64,000 nt of DNA, from NCBI RefSeq assembly GCF_006345805.1, contig NC_043007.1:12648001-12712000 (forward strand). The letters run 5' to 3'. The first letter of the stretch is position 1; every line of letters starts with the position of its first letter. Under the pieces are notes generated by a model. The model made no database searches. It worked only from the letters and a program-made list of their open reading frames with translations, and was not told where the DNA came from. Source of the DNA: Octopus sinensis (lineage: Eukaryota). The position numbers and the translations under genes were made by a program. Below, in pieces: positions 36,721 through 49,347 of the stretch.

Positions 36721-38084
36721 CCTCCTTCTTTCCTGAGCGTCCAATAATACTATACTTGTTCCACGTCCTCGCATTGTTGTGTTTTCTCTTTGTGTTTTCA
36801 TGTTTGGGTTAACTATATATATATGACGAGCTTCTTTCAGTTTCCATCTACCTGATTCACTTGGCCCAAAGTGCCATGTAGTGGGACTGAACTCGGAACC
36901 ATGTGGTTGGGAAACAAATTTCTTACCACACAGCCACACCTGTTTCAAGTTTTTAACAAGTCATATTTAAACACCCAGTTATCTTCCCCTTGACCTTAAA
37001 ATAAAGAAAAGAAAGGAAAAAGGATTGGGGACAGCAAACTCAGATGTAAATCCAGGAAGTAATTTTAATTCTCCCCTCTAAATTCAGAAGAATTCACATT
37101 TCTGCTATTAGAAGTTTACTATAAATGAATAACATTGAATCATTAATTAGCTTATTAGAAGTTTTCTGTTTAGCTCTAATGTAGGACAAAGATTATATTT
37201 TTATTGATTGTCCTTACGAAATTCACTGTTCAACAGGAACTGGTCAGCAGAATGCATTTTTGCTGGCATTCATAAATGTTCATGAGGTTTTAAGTAGAGT
37301 AATGATTTTAGATGTTGTTAGTCTTATTTCCAAACCCAGAACGAGTCAATTGATAGTATTGATGTTTCGTTTGTTTCTCGTCTTTTTACTAAAGCCAGTT
37401 CTACGTATTTTTGTATTTCAATTACTTTGTGTTTGATAAAAATTGTATCTTTACTCAATCTATTTCTCGAGAAGTCAAACTGGTTTGCTTCTAACAAATT
37501 GCTCATATTCATTGAACTTTTACATTAAGACTTTTGGCAATATTTTGAAACTTGCATTCACTAAATGAGATGAGTCTATTATTTGCTAGCACAGCCTTTG
37601 TTTCCTTTTATTATTTCCTTGCATTTTTAAACAGAATGTTTGTTATTTCTTATTTGTTTCTCTCTCTTTTTTTTTTTTTGTTTTGTTTTTGCTGCCACGC
37701 CCATCAACTCTCTTACTTATTTACATTATACAGCCCTTCATTCCTCTCCGACTTTCCCCAACCATGCATCATCTACATGCTATCTAGTCCCTGTATGTCA
37801 AACTTGAATTGATTTCCATAAACGGTGACCTTGAGAGCATCCTTTTGTAGAGCCTTACTGACCTCGTTTCTTTTAACAGTTAAAAAAAAAAATTCAAGTC
37901 CTATTCATTAATAAAATATTACCTTGCCCACCTACCCCTAGAGGTTAGTGATAGCTAGAGACTTTACAATCACTCCAAATACTGGCCCTCACGTCATCAC
38001 CAAGAATCTCTACTGGTGAAAACACATCATTAGCCTAGCTAAGACCCCATCCCCAAAACTATTTCAGCCAATTGATGGTTTCTG

Positions 38085-38500
38085 TCATCCTATGGGGCTC
38101 GTGCGAAGCCCACTATGGAGTACTGTGCCCACATCTTGGGCTGGGCTGTTGCTACACACTGTTACTCTGGAATGCATCCAGAGAAGGGCCAGTTACCTGA
38201 CTAGTATTCAGTCACTAATAAATACTCCGACTACTGACCCATGGACATGCAACCTCTATCACTACTTCAATGACCTCTGTTCCTTAGAGCTGGCTGGTCT
38301 CTTACTCTCTTTACTCACGCATTCCCGACCCACTCATCTCGCCACCTCTCATCACTCTTGTTGAACCCAACCCCACTACTATACTCGGTGCTTCCTTCCC
38401 AGAACATCATCCCTTAGGAATCTTCTTTCTCTCTCTCTGCTCATCTTTTGTGCAGGTGTTGTTGACTTGCAACATCTTAAACAACATGTTAATGGCATCA
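38085..38500 (+). mobile_element. Old frameshifted LINE ORF2 C-terminal fragment (Jockey/CR1 group)
   Basis: Fragments across frames: PTMEYCAHI, LECIQRRA, LYHYFNDLCSLEL. Confidence 0.55.
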
Positions 38501-39481
38501 AATTCACCCGTCACAGAGGGCCATCTTAAGTATTGTGTTTAAGCTGTTGCTCAGTTTAAGACCATTGTTTAGCATTTTGGATGTCTTTAGCAGAATACAC
38601 TTAGTTGAAAGCATTCGAGTTTGGTCTCATGTCCAAGTGTAACTTTCGCCCTTCCCTCCAATGAAGCCTTATGAAATGTTATAAGAATTACTTTTACATT
38701 TGACCATGTGTGTATGTATGTATGTGTGTGTGTGTATATATAAAATATATAATATAGTCATTTGATGTCCAGTTTACCATATACTGGCATGGGTTGCACA
38801 GGTTTGGTTTTAAGGTACATCTGTCATGCCAAGCTTGTCTTTTATATCTGGATGTTCTTCTTTTCACCAAGAACTTTACAGTATGGACTCGGTGCATTCT
38901 ATCATAACACTGGCATAATATTTATTATATAGTCATTCTTATCCTTTAATGTCTCATCTATGCTGGCATAGGTTAAGTAGTTTGACAGGATCCAGTCCAA
39001 CAAGGCTGAGGACTGCATCATGCTGTAGCATCTGCTTTTGCATGGTCTATACAGTTAGATGCTTTTCCTGGGGCCAACAGTTTTACAGGGTGTATTCAGT
39101 GTTTTTTGAGGTTTTTTTTCATGGCAAGGTTAAGACATCCCCTCTCTGCTGAAGTCCCTCGCAGACATTCTATGAGTGCCAGGAACTTTAGCAGAGAAGG
39201 AAGCAGCAAGGCAGCTTTACACAGCTTGGTTGCAGCTGCTTGAAGAATGTATTTATGTGTGTGCACGTGTGTATAATAGGGAAATGATTTCCAACCCCTA
39301 AACTCCCTAGCAATGTGTGTTGGGCATACTACTAATTATATATATATATATATATACATATACAAACGTTTTCAGTGAACATATTAGAATATTTTATGAA
39401 TATGTAGCACCTGATTGCTGTTAGAATATATCTGTATTTTCCTTTCTCTTTAACCGAAAGTTAGTTACTAGCCTAGAGTTG

Positions 39482-39482
<1 letters not shown>

Positions 39483-39542
<60 letters not shown>
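39483..39542. repeat. (TA)n microsatellite
   Basis: Perfect TA run. Confidence 0.95.
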
Positions 39543-39544
<2 letters not shown>

Positions 39545-40475
39545 TATATGCCTACAGATTCTTTACGCAGTTAGTGTGTGTTTGAAACGTTAGTAATCAA
39601 CTCTTTGTCATCTACTTGTGAAACGAACATCTGCAAACAGTTCCTTTTTAGAAAGATACACATTGGAGTCTTGATATTTGTTTTCTTTAGCTCTCAATAA
39701 TAATAATAACAACAATAATGATGATGATGATGATGATGATATAACAGTACAGATGGCTTTACTCAGTGAATTTCTTCCGTTTAGAACTAGTTCAGAAGGA
39801 CTTGTAACAAGTGAGAATTTGCTCTGAACCTCTGTTGCTAATAGGAAATAAGGATGTTGTCTCAACATCAGGGTTGAGTGTTGGCAGTAAGAGATAGTGT
39901 GATTTTTCAGACTGTTAATCTCTATTTTTGCGGGGATGAAAGTGTTCCTCTTTACATTCCATTCAGCTTGATCTTCAGTCACCGTTACCAGGTGTCTTGT
40001 TCTTAGATTACCTACTTTAGTAGCCTAATTGACGAGAATAGGATTACCCCAGGTTTAAAAATAATGATTCCTAGTTTTGTCTGCGTGTGTATGTATGTAT
40101 GTATACACATACACATGCTTCACACTTCAGCTCAAGACTATTAGAAGACACGTGTACAAGGTGCCACACATCCATGTCTGTGCCTTGTAGATGTGTGTGT
40201 GTGTGTTGAAAGATGATCTCAGCAGTCTGAGAAATGGTGATTCTGTGGATTAATTGTTCTTAATCTCCTAGCACTACTAACAACTTTCAATTAATCATTG
40301 TAAGTTTATACACTGAAATTTTGTTTCATATACATACATATATATATAGAGAGTAGCTTCTATGCTGAAGTGAAGACAGTATAATCTTTGTCTATCTCCT
40401 TACCTTCTTGGAGGTTTTAGGTAAAATCGCACTAATGTGTCCATCTGTTTTAATTTAATTTAATTCTATGTCTTT

Positions 40476-40563
40476 ATGCAGCTGAGGATTGCTCTGCATT
40501 TAAATTGATGTAATGGTTGCATTGTTCAATTAAATGGAGTCGCTTGAAACAATCGTATTGCAT
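40476..40563 (+). ncRNA. Type-I hammerhead-like motif with long stem II
   Basis: ATGCAG-CTGAGGA-[imperfect hairpin CATTTAAATTGA/TCAATTAAATG]-GAA-ACAATCGT-A-TTGCAT. Confidence 0.5.
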
Positions 40564-40896
40564 TACCTCTGGATATCCTTGTTGCTTATTTTGATTTTAA
40601 TCACCTTATTTTGAAACTGTATGAATAATACCATACTAAATTCTAGTGCCTCGTCTTAAGTACCTAATTCATCTGAATCATTGGTAAGAAACCATTTCCA
40701 TCAGATGAATTTATTATCTTCAAACATAGAGGAGTATGCTTGTTACTCAGACCTAACAAGGTACCTCAATTTAAGTACCTAATCCAACTGAATCTTAATT
40801 GTATTCTGTATATATAAGATAGATCATTAGCTCCTACACACATTTTTTCTCTCCTTTTTTTTCTCTCCGTGTTTCTCTCCTTGTTTTTTCTGTGTA

Positions 40897-40934
40897 TCTT
40901 TCTGTCGAAGAGCATAGGCTCGAAACGTAAAAGA
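40897..40934 (+). ncRNA. Minimal type-I hammerhead-ribozyme-like motif
   Basis: TCTTT-CTGTCGA-A-GAGC(ATAG)GCTC-GAA-ACGT-A-AAAGA: stem I TCTTT/AAAGA, stem II GAGC/GCTC, palindromic ACGT stem III, GUA site. The core has U at the normally invariant A6. Confidence 0.55.
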
Positions 40935-42751
40935 CTTTTTCTATTTCTATTCCTGAGCGCTATACTAATACATTTGTTTGTTTGTACTCCACCTGCCTTC
41001 GTCTTTTGTTTATTTTTGTAAACTTTCCCGTTATATATATATACATACACACACGCACACACATGCAGAAGGACCCGGTTTCACTCTGGTTGTAAACTCA
41101 TAACCATAACACAATACTGTTTTGCAGCTTGTAGCGTAAGATTAGTGTATTTCTCAGAAAGCAATACTTACTTTTGATACTCAAGAACACACAGGTTCTG
41201 AAATGAAAAAGAAGTGATTATACATGCGTGTGCGTATCTAGGTGGCTGTAGTTGCTGTGTCAATACCGGAAGTAGACATTGAAAAAACCTGTTGCTACGT
41301 CAATATTGGAAGTTGACTTTGAAAAACTCTTTCTAAAGAAGTGAATCGTATATATAAAACGATATTCATCATCATCAATTATTGTCCATTTTCCATGCTG
41401 GCATGGGTTGGACGGTTTGACTGAGGTCTGGGGAGCCAGTGGCTGCATCAGGCTCCAGTCTGATCTGGCAATGTTTCTACAGCTGGATGCCTTTCCTAAT
41501 GCCAACCACTCCAAGAGTGTAGTGGGTGCTTTTTACATGCTACCAGCACAGGAGCCAGTCAGGCAGGCAGGCCTAGGATCAATCACATTTGGATAGTGCT
41601 TTTTATGTGCCACCCGCATGGGGTACTAGCATCGGCCACATTCGGATGGTACTTTTTATTTATTTTATTTAGTTCTAATAAAAAAAATAAATGATGACCC
41701 TATTATGCATCTGAGGTCAACTTATTCATGCACCCCAAGTATGGAACCAATCCATGCAGCTATTTTTGCTTGAAAACCAAATACACACACATGCACACAC
41801 ACAGGCCTATTTTATATAATAGATATGTCTTTGCTCCATCTATCCTTTCTGTGGAAATATATAGACTCGGAACATTAAAGCTCTCTTTCATTTTTCCTGG
41901 GCATGAACCGAATACACTCTGTTTCTTGTTCTTTCATCACATCTTTGTGTTTTCTTTATTTTTGAATTGTGTGGGTGTGTGTGTTAATAAGCTCTTTAAC
42001 TCAAACATTTACAAATAGATTATCTCTCAACCCATGTTTTTGAAGTGTTTACCTTGTTAAAGAATCTGTTGAGAAAGTCTAGCCAAAATATATTATATCA
42101 ATGCTGTAGCTGGGGAGGATGGGTGATTGTCACAATCTCAGAGCACCTATCAAGTTGTGTATTTAATCAGTGCTAATGAAATATGATGAAGATTGACTGT
42201 ATAAAAAAAGAACAAAACCAGCACAACAAAAAAGGTTAAAAAAAAAAAAAAGAGCTGTCCTGATCTTATCAAAAATATGTAAGACTACAATACAAACAAT
42301 GAACTATACAAAAGACTCTGTGCACAAAAGCAGTTTAGTGAATTCACTGAATTGGAACAGATTTACTGAGTTGAATCACTCACATGAATATTCTCAAAAT
42401 AAGCTTATTTTTGTTTTCTGGTTTCCCTCTGTTAATCAACTGTACTCATACTGTCTTAGCTAATTGTTTCAGCATGACTGTATGTTTCAGGCAGCCACGT
42501 AGTCGCAAGCGGACACTAACAATCCCGCAGTCATTCCTACTCTAACCCAGCAGAATATCCATGATGGGACGTTGGAGGGAAGGTCATACCAGTCGCCAAT
42601 GGTACTCTGGCCGGTACTCATTTTTAGCTTGATAAACTAAAGCAGCAGGAAATGAAGTGCCTTACTGAAGGAAACAGTGTGTCATTTGAACCAGGGATTG
42701 AACCCTCTACCATATGCTCATGATCCTGATACCCTAACCACTAAGCCATAG

Positions 42752-42796
<45 letters not shown>

Positions 42797-42892
42797 GGTA
42801 CAGGAGTAGCTGTCTGATTAGAAGTCTGCTTACGAACCACATGGCTCTGGGTTCAGTCCTACTGTATAGCACCTTGGGCAAGTGGCTTTTAC

Positions 42893-43131
42893 TATATATT
42901 TCTTTACTACCCACAAGGGGCTAAACACAGAGGGGACAAACAAGGACAGACAAACGGATTAAGTCGATTATATCGACCCCAGTGTGTAACTGGTACTTAA
43001 TTTATTGACCCTGGAAGGATGAAAGGCAAAGTCGACCTCGGCAGAATTTGAACTCAGAACGTAATGGCAGATGAAATACCGCTAAGCATTTCGGCCAACG
43101 TGCTAACACTTCTGCCAACTCGCCGCCTTAT
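42893..43131 (-). mobile_element. SINE family C nested in an older family A SINE
   Basis: AGTGGCTTTTAC at 42881-42892 and 43132-43143. Confidence 0.86.
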
Positions 43132-45137
43132 AGTGGCTTTTACCTCAGGCCAACAAAAGCCTTGTGAGTGAATTTAGGGTAGATGGAGACTGAAAGAAAC
43201 TTCCGTGTGTGTGTTTATTGTTTTTTGTTGTTTTTACAACCTGTGGTTGTTTGTTGCTCTCTCCTTGTCTTGACATGAAGGGATAGTTATAATCAAATGT
43301 CTGTGTTATGCAAGCAGTGTAGGGTACACGCAAGAAGCCAGATGTGGCCAGTTTCAACGCAAACAGGTTGAATATTAGGACCGGACACATCCAGTTTAAA
43401 TGCTAAAAGGTTACTTTGGTACAGTGAGATTTGATGGAGATTTAGTTGCTATTTCCAGCAGGTTGATCCACCTTGTAGGGACTAAAAGCACAGCAAGCTG
43501 AAGTCAGCTAAGTATTCTGATCTGTTTCTTTACTTTCAGATGAATAAATTGATATCGCATCCTCAATATACTAATTCCTTTAATGTCTGTCTGTGTGTTT
43601 ATCTAGTTCTCTGTTCAATCAGATTCCAGTTGGTACACTAAAAACAGTGATTGATCTGACAACGATGCAGGTGATTAGCCATGTATCGGCAAAGAAAATC
43701 ACACAGCTGTTTCATGTTTCACTGTGAAATTCGCCTTGCTTTGATCTCATCCATCTTATTGATTACCGACCTAACTTATATTGGTCAAGAAAATGTTTAG
43801 CAATAAAACTATGTAATAAGGAGCACTTAACAAATGCATCGTATTTTGTCATCATGGGATTTATCGATAGCAACTAAGACCGCTAAAAGCTGTAAGCTTG
43901 GTGGTCATTCATCTTGCTAGAAATAGCAGCCAACCTTACTGTCTTAAAAGAAAAGAAAAGAGACACATTGGCAAATGTTGTACGAGGTACATCCATTCAT
44001 CATCATCGTTTAACGTCCGCTTTCCATGCTAGCATGGGTTGGGCGATTTGACTGAGGTCTGGCGAACCAGACTCCAGTCTGATCTGGCAGTGTTTCTACA
44101 GCTGGATGCCCTTCCTAACGCCAACCACTCCGAGAGTGTAGTGGGTGCTTTTTATGTGCCACCTGCACTCTTGTATACTTGTTTCAGTCATTTTGACTGT
44201 GGCCATGCTGGAGCACCACCTTTTGTACACAAAATACTTTGAATTATAGGAACTCACTGCAAATCAATCAAGGAAACTGCTATTTTGTAAGAAAGGACAC
44301 ATTGGACAATGTAGTCTTAAATATACAAAAGTTGGGATGGTCATGGCTGGAATACTTTTTATCATAGGTCTGATGAATCAGTGTTGATTTGTGGTTAAAC
44401 AACAGCCACTACGTAGTTGTTCAGTGTGCTAGAAATAGCAAACCTAATCTCATTCTGCCTGTATCTCACCACCTTGTTAAAAGGAGGACACACTGGGCAG
44501 GGTTGTTATAAATATATCGAGCCCCTACCTGTGCTTACTCAGAAGGTCATTAACGTATAGTCAGGCAGTGTTTCGACCTCATATATGCATTATAAATATT
44601 ATGCACATTGTCATAATAGACTGTTGAGAGGTGAATTTCAATTGCACATATAGAGCACAATATATAATCCACTTTCAATACCCTGTTCGATTATATACAT
44701 CAGAAATAACAATAATCTACCAAAGCTGACAGAATTCTAGGTTAGATCAACAATGCTTTTTTTTTCCCTATTATATTTAGTTTTTGTGCAAGATATTGTT
44801 TGCATGGACTCATAACCTTCTCCCATTATTCTTACCAGAAGCTGATGTCTTGCCAGAACCACAAAGTGAATAAGTCTGAAGACACAGCTGGTCAACTATG
44901 TATCAATGAAGGCTATTATTACACTGTGGTCTCTCATGTTTTCCGAGAAATTACTGTTTTCGTTCAGTAACCTGACATTGGTTAACAAATATTATAAGTT
45001 TTCAGGTTATTAACCATCTTTAGAAATGAATATTTAAAAAAAAATATATTTACTCTTTATATATTTCCAGTTCCACACTGATTACTCCTATCTGCTCTTG
45101 CATAATGTGAACAAACATGTATCTCTTTTCTCTACAG

Positions 45138-45669
45138 CAAGGCTTCTCAACTGGGGTCCACACAACAAAATAGTAAATTGGGGGGCACACTAGTATTTGA
45201 AGGGCCCCTAAAAAAATTTTGCTTTAAGTGTATGTATTGGTCTGTATTTCAAGAAGCAGCTTGGTTTATTTCCCTAACATTTCACGTATTCAACCTGCAC
45301 AAATTAAGCCTTTAGCATTCAGATTACTCTGTCAAATGTAAAGCCTGTTTAATTACATTATTTTTAATTAATTGTACAGCATCTTGTAACTCTGGGATAT
45401 TGATGATGTCCCTGTTTATTTTTAGAATGACTTAGTAGGGTAGGTGTGAGAGGTCAGAGCTGGCTGGTTTGAGCATAAAACAGGAAGACAATTTTGGCCT
45501 GATATGGTCAGTTTAAACACTAAAGGGTTAATGTGTGAATAACAAAATAGGACTTTTGAAAAAAGTCTATAGAACTAGTTTTTAAACATTGAATGGCTAT
45601 GGGGGTCCATCAGAATAAAATAGTAATCAAAGGGGTTCATAGATTAAAAAATTGATTGAGAACCCCCTG
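45138..45669. mobile_element. hAT (Charlie-like) MITE
   Basis: TIRs CAAGGCTTCTCAA / TTGAGAACCCCCTG; flanks CTCTACAG and CTCTACGC (degenerate 8-bp TSD). Confidence 0.72.
45308..45527. mobile_element. Second piggyBac-type MITE family (CCCTTTAGCATT termini), nested in a hAT MITE
   Basis: TTAA at 45304-45307 and 45528-45531; relatives at ~3728-3941, 43340-43412, 49640-49747, 57659-57750, 59036-59140. Confidence 0.78.
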
Positions 45670-46544
45670 CTCTACGCAAATAACCTGTTCTGGGCCTCTT
45701 CCTTGATACTCTAACTTTTCACCATCTTATGTAAAGCTGCCTCTCTCCCTCCAGTACAAACTGTAAAGTGGTTGGCATTATTAGGACAGCATCTAGCTGT
45801 AGAAACCAAGCAAAAACGAACGCTGGAGTGTAATGCAGTCTTTTGAACCATCCATGTAAGCAAAGAAGACAGACATCAAAAAGGAGGAGGATGTATAGGT
45901 GCTGGTCTGACTGTGATAGGCCCAGACACAGGCATGGCTTTGAGGTTACAAAGCTTGCATTAATCCATGTGGTTTCAGGTTGGTCACACTACATAACCCT
46001 ACAGGCTGAAATATCTTCAGTTCAACCAATGCCTTGTGACTGAAAGCTTTTGACAGAAATTGTAAGAAAGCCCATTCTCTGTGTGTGTGTGTGCATATCA
46101 TTTCAGTGTGTCATCGTTAATTAGCACCATCTGACTGAAAACCAGTAATATTGTCTACTCTCTGAATGGAATAAATGCTCTGCAACTCATCAAGCATGTG
46201 ATGACTGGTAGAATGCAAAACTACCCTGCTGTATAAACAATTAAGGGTTGATAGCAAGAAAAGCACCTGGTCGTAGGACATGTGCTACAACATCATTAGA
46301 TAGGTTTGTCTTACGTACAGGTAGATTTGAAGCTAATCAAGGATGTACTTTGTTTTAAGAGGCAACACATTGCTCCTGACTGGTCGCATAATTAGCTTAC
46401 ACCCCATAGACTAAGAATCTTGTATTCTAACAACTATCTAACTATACTGCAATAAGCAAAAGTTACATACCAATAAGAGATCCTCCATATAATTGCTTGA
46501 CTTACTAAAAATAGTAGCTAAATTTCTCTCAAAATTTTATTCTT

Positions 46545-46916
46545 ATAATAATAATAATGAAATTATTGTATACAGTGCTCAGGTGCACCACAACTTGTCA
46601 AATGTGCATATAAAGCATATGCAGTAATGTACAAATGTCTGGAAAGTGAACAGTGTATGAGTCAGATACATGCTTGCGTGTGTATGGAGGGGAGAAAATC
46701 TGGTGTAGTGTTGGTGAATCTAAGGAAGCATGGAAGTTTTGAAGGATGCAGTGCTCCGACAACTAACAACTGATGCCGGCAGTTTGTTCCATACTTCAGC
46801 AACTCTTAGCATGAAAAAATGTTTCCGAAAGTCATGGGAGCTGTGCTGTTTTCTGACTTTGTAAACATGTCCACGGGTGTTAGACAGGTGGAGTTTGAAA
46901 AGGTGCTCAGAGTTCC
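46545..46916 (-). mobile_element. CR1-clade LINE 3' fragment
   Basis: TRGHVYKV...RKHFFMLRVAEVWNKLPASVV...SFK C-terminal motif, then 3' UTR and (ATT)n tail. Confidence 0.75.
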
Positions 46917-47414
46917 ATCTTAATAGTAAAGAACACATTGAACTATGTAGTTGACTGCTTTTGAAAAGAATAAATGTAAAAAGAAAAAATACTATAATCA
47001 TAGCTGAAATGCTTTTGATTACAAGTCTACTGGTTCAGAATTGACTCGGGGCTAAACAGTATAACTTATAAACGTTGCACCTTTTCATAAGGTATGATCT
47101 TGTTGTGTCAAGGACACCTGGCCTAGTGCTTTGGGTTTTTGTTCTTGAGCAAACCACTTCGTCTCATGTTGCTCTACAACCACTTCAACACCTGACGTGT
47201 GGTACACTGTGCACCTGTTCAGGTAATATTGATTTGATGGCGGGAGGGACCTAATGTACAGCACAAACATTTTGATCACTGTGAACAAATCACTTGTGTG
47301 AGTTGTTCTGCAAGAAATTGCAGAGTCCTCTTTCTCAAACCTTGTTCTAGTCTTTGTCTCAACCCTTATGAAATAACAGAGATTCTGAATATCTTATAAT
47401 TATATAACTATATA

Positions 47415-47853
47415 ATCAAAATCGAAGTCGAAATCAAACTCAGTGACTGACATCCGTTGCTAGTGGAGCGCTAAGAGTACCATATGAGTGAGATCGTTGC
47501 CAGAGCAACAAGCTGGCCTCCATGCTGATGGCACATTAACCGCACCATTCGAGCGTGATTGTTACCTGCGTCACCTTACCAGCACTTGTAACATTCGAGC
47601 GAGTTTGTCACCAGTGCTGCTGGACTGGCTCCTGTGCAGGTGGCACGTAAAAAGCACCATTTGGGCGTGGCCGTTGCCAGTACCACCAAACTGGCACGTA
47701 AAAGCACCCACTACACACTCGGAGTGGTTGGCGTTAGGAAGGGCATCCAGCTGTAGAAACTCTGCCACATCAGAGTCTGGTCGCCAGACCTCAGTCAAAT
47801 CGTCCAACCCATGCTAGCATGGAAAGCAGACTTTAAACAATGATGATGATGAT
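47415..47853 (+). mobile_element. Family B repeat just upstream of PACSIN exon 2
   Basis: Tandem GGCACGTAAAAAGCACC subrepeats and (GAT)n tail. Confidence 0.85.
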
Positions 47854-47998
47854 AACAAATATCTTATAATTTGTAAGACAAACTTTTTATTTCAGTGAAA
47901 CTTCCCTCTCTCTCTCTCTCTCTCTCTCATCCACTCTTATAGAATTGAATGTATTTTTTATAACATTAATTAAAACCTGATGTTTTCTTCATTCCTAG

Positions 47999-48198
47999 GT
48001 CCTGAATATGGTACCACCCAGACAGCATGGAGAAGTGTCTTAACAGAAGCAGACAAGTTGTGTGAACTACATACTGAAGTAGCAGAACGATTAATGACTC
48101 AAGTATATCTACAAGTTAAGCAATGGAACAAAGACAACTACCACAGGACTATGATGAATTTTCGTGAATGTAAAGATAAGGAAGACAATTTCAGAAGG
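47999..48198 (+). CDS. PACSIN: PACSIN coding exon 2 (includes wedge loop)
   Basis: Acceptor ttcctag ending 47998. Phase-1 junction rebuilds the conserved EKG-PEYGT. Encodes AWRSVLTEADKLCELH...NYHRTMMNFRECKDKEDNFRR; HRTMMNF occupies the PACSIN wedge-loop position. Donor GT at 48199, phase 0. Confidence 0.95.
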
Positions 48199-48559
48199 GT
48201 AAATTTCTTCTTCTTTTAGTTTTCTTTTTCAGTTCATCTCCTCTCGTTTATCTTATTTGGAGATGTTTATATCTGATTTGTCAACAGGAAGGCTAACAGT
48301 GAAACTAGCTTTTGTATGTGGAAGATGCACAGGTGCAATTAGCACTGAAAATGGACAGAAAATATACTCCTTCAATGGCCAGTGGGGGTCAAGCTAGAGG
48401 TAGTAGAGAGCTTCTGTTACCTAGGTGACCAAGTTAGTAGTGGAGGTGGGTGCTCCAAGAGCGTAGCTGTGAGAATAAGATTATGATGGGCAAAGTTCAG
48501 AGAGCTCCTACCCCTGCTGGGAACAAACGGCCTCTCTCTCTCTCTCTCAGAGTGAAAGG

Positions 48560-49347
48560 CAGATTGTTTGATACCTGTGTGCGAACAGCATGCTGCATGG
48601 CAGTGAAACATGGGCTGTGACAGCCAAGGACATGCCTGTGCTTGAGTGAAATGAAGCCGGTATGCTTCGCTGGATGTACAATGTCAGTGCGCATGTTTGA
48701 CAGAGTGTAAGCATCTTGATAGAAAAGTTGAGCTTAAGAGGTATCAGATGTAGTGTGCAAGAGAGACGGCTGCACTGGTATGGTCATGTGATGCATATGG
48801 ATGAGGACAGCTGTGCCAGGAAGTGCTGATCTCTGAGACCCAGGAAGACATGGAATGAGGTGGTGAACTTTGAGCCTTACGAAGGTAATGACTAGTGACT
48901 GAGACCTTGGGCAATGTGTTGTGCTTGAGAGGATCTGTCAGACCAAGTGCACCTGTGCTGGTGGCATGTAAAGAACACTTTTCAAGCGTTGGGCCTCATG
49001 GAAGCTAAGTGGCTGAGTTCCTTTCGAGCATTGAGTCTCACAGAGGCAGTGGCTGAGTTCCTTTCGAGCGTTGGGCCTCACAGAGGCAATGACTAAGACC
49101 TTTGTCATGCTTGAGAAAGCCCATCAAGTTGAGCAAAATTGCAGTCGTGACAGATACTGGTGTCACGCAGTTGGCACGTAAAAGCACCCAATACACTCTT
49201 GGAGTGGTTGGCATTAAGAAGGGCATCCAGCCATAGAAAGCCATCCCTTATCAGACTGGAGTCTGGTGCAGCCTTCCAGCGTGCCAGCCCTGTCAAACCA
49301 TCCAACCCATGCCAGCATGGACAATGTACGTTAAATGATGATGATGG
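48560..49347 (+). mobile_element. Degenerate RTE-clade LINE 3' end joined to the abundant (GAT)n-tailed repeat
   Basis: Around 48763-48825 reads RRLHWYGHVMHMDEDSCARKC (RTE RRLxWxGHVxRM motif), then the GCACGTAAAAAGCACC...GAAGGGCATCCAGC...CCAACCCATGC...(GAT)n segment found many times in the window. Confidence 0.75.

Noticed and set aside
43541-43641. Strong acceptor-like TTTACTTTCAG followed by ATG
   Set aside because: Phase-1 splicing hits TAA at the third codon, and the ATG frame closes without a convincing donor.
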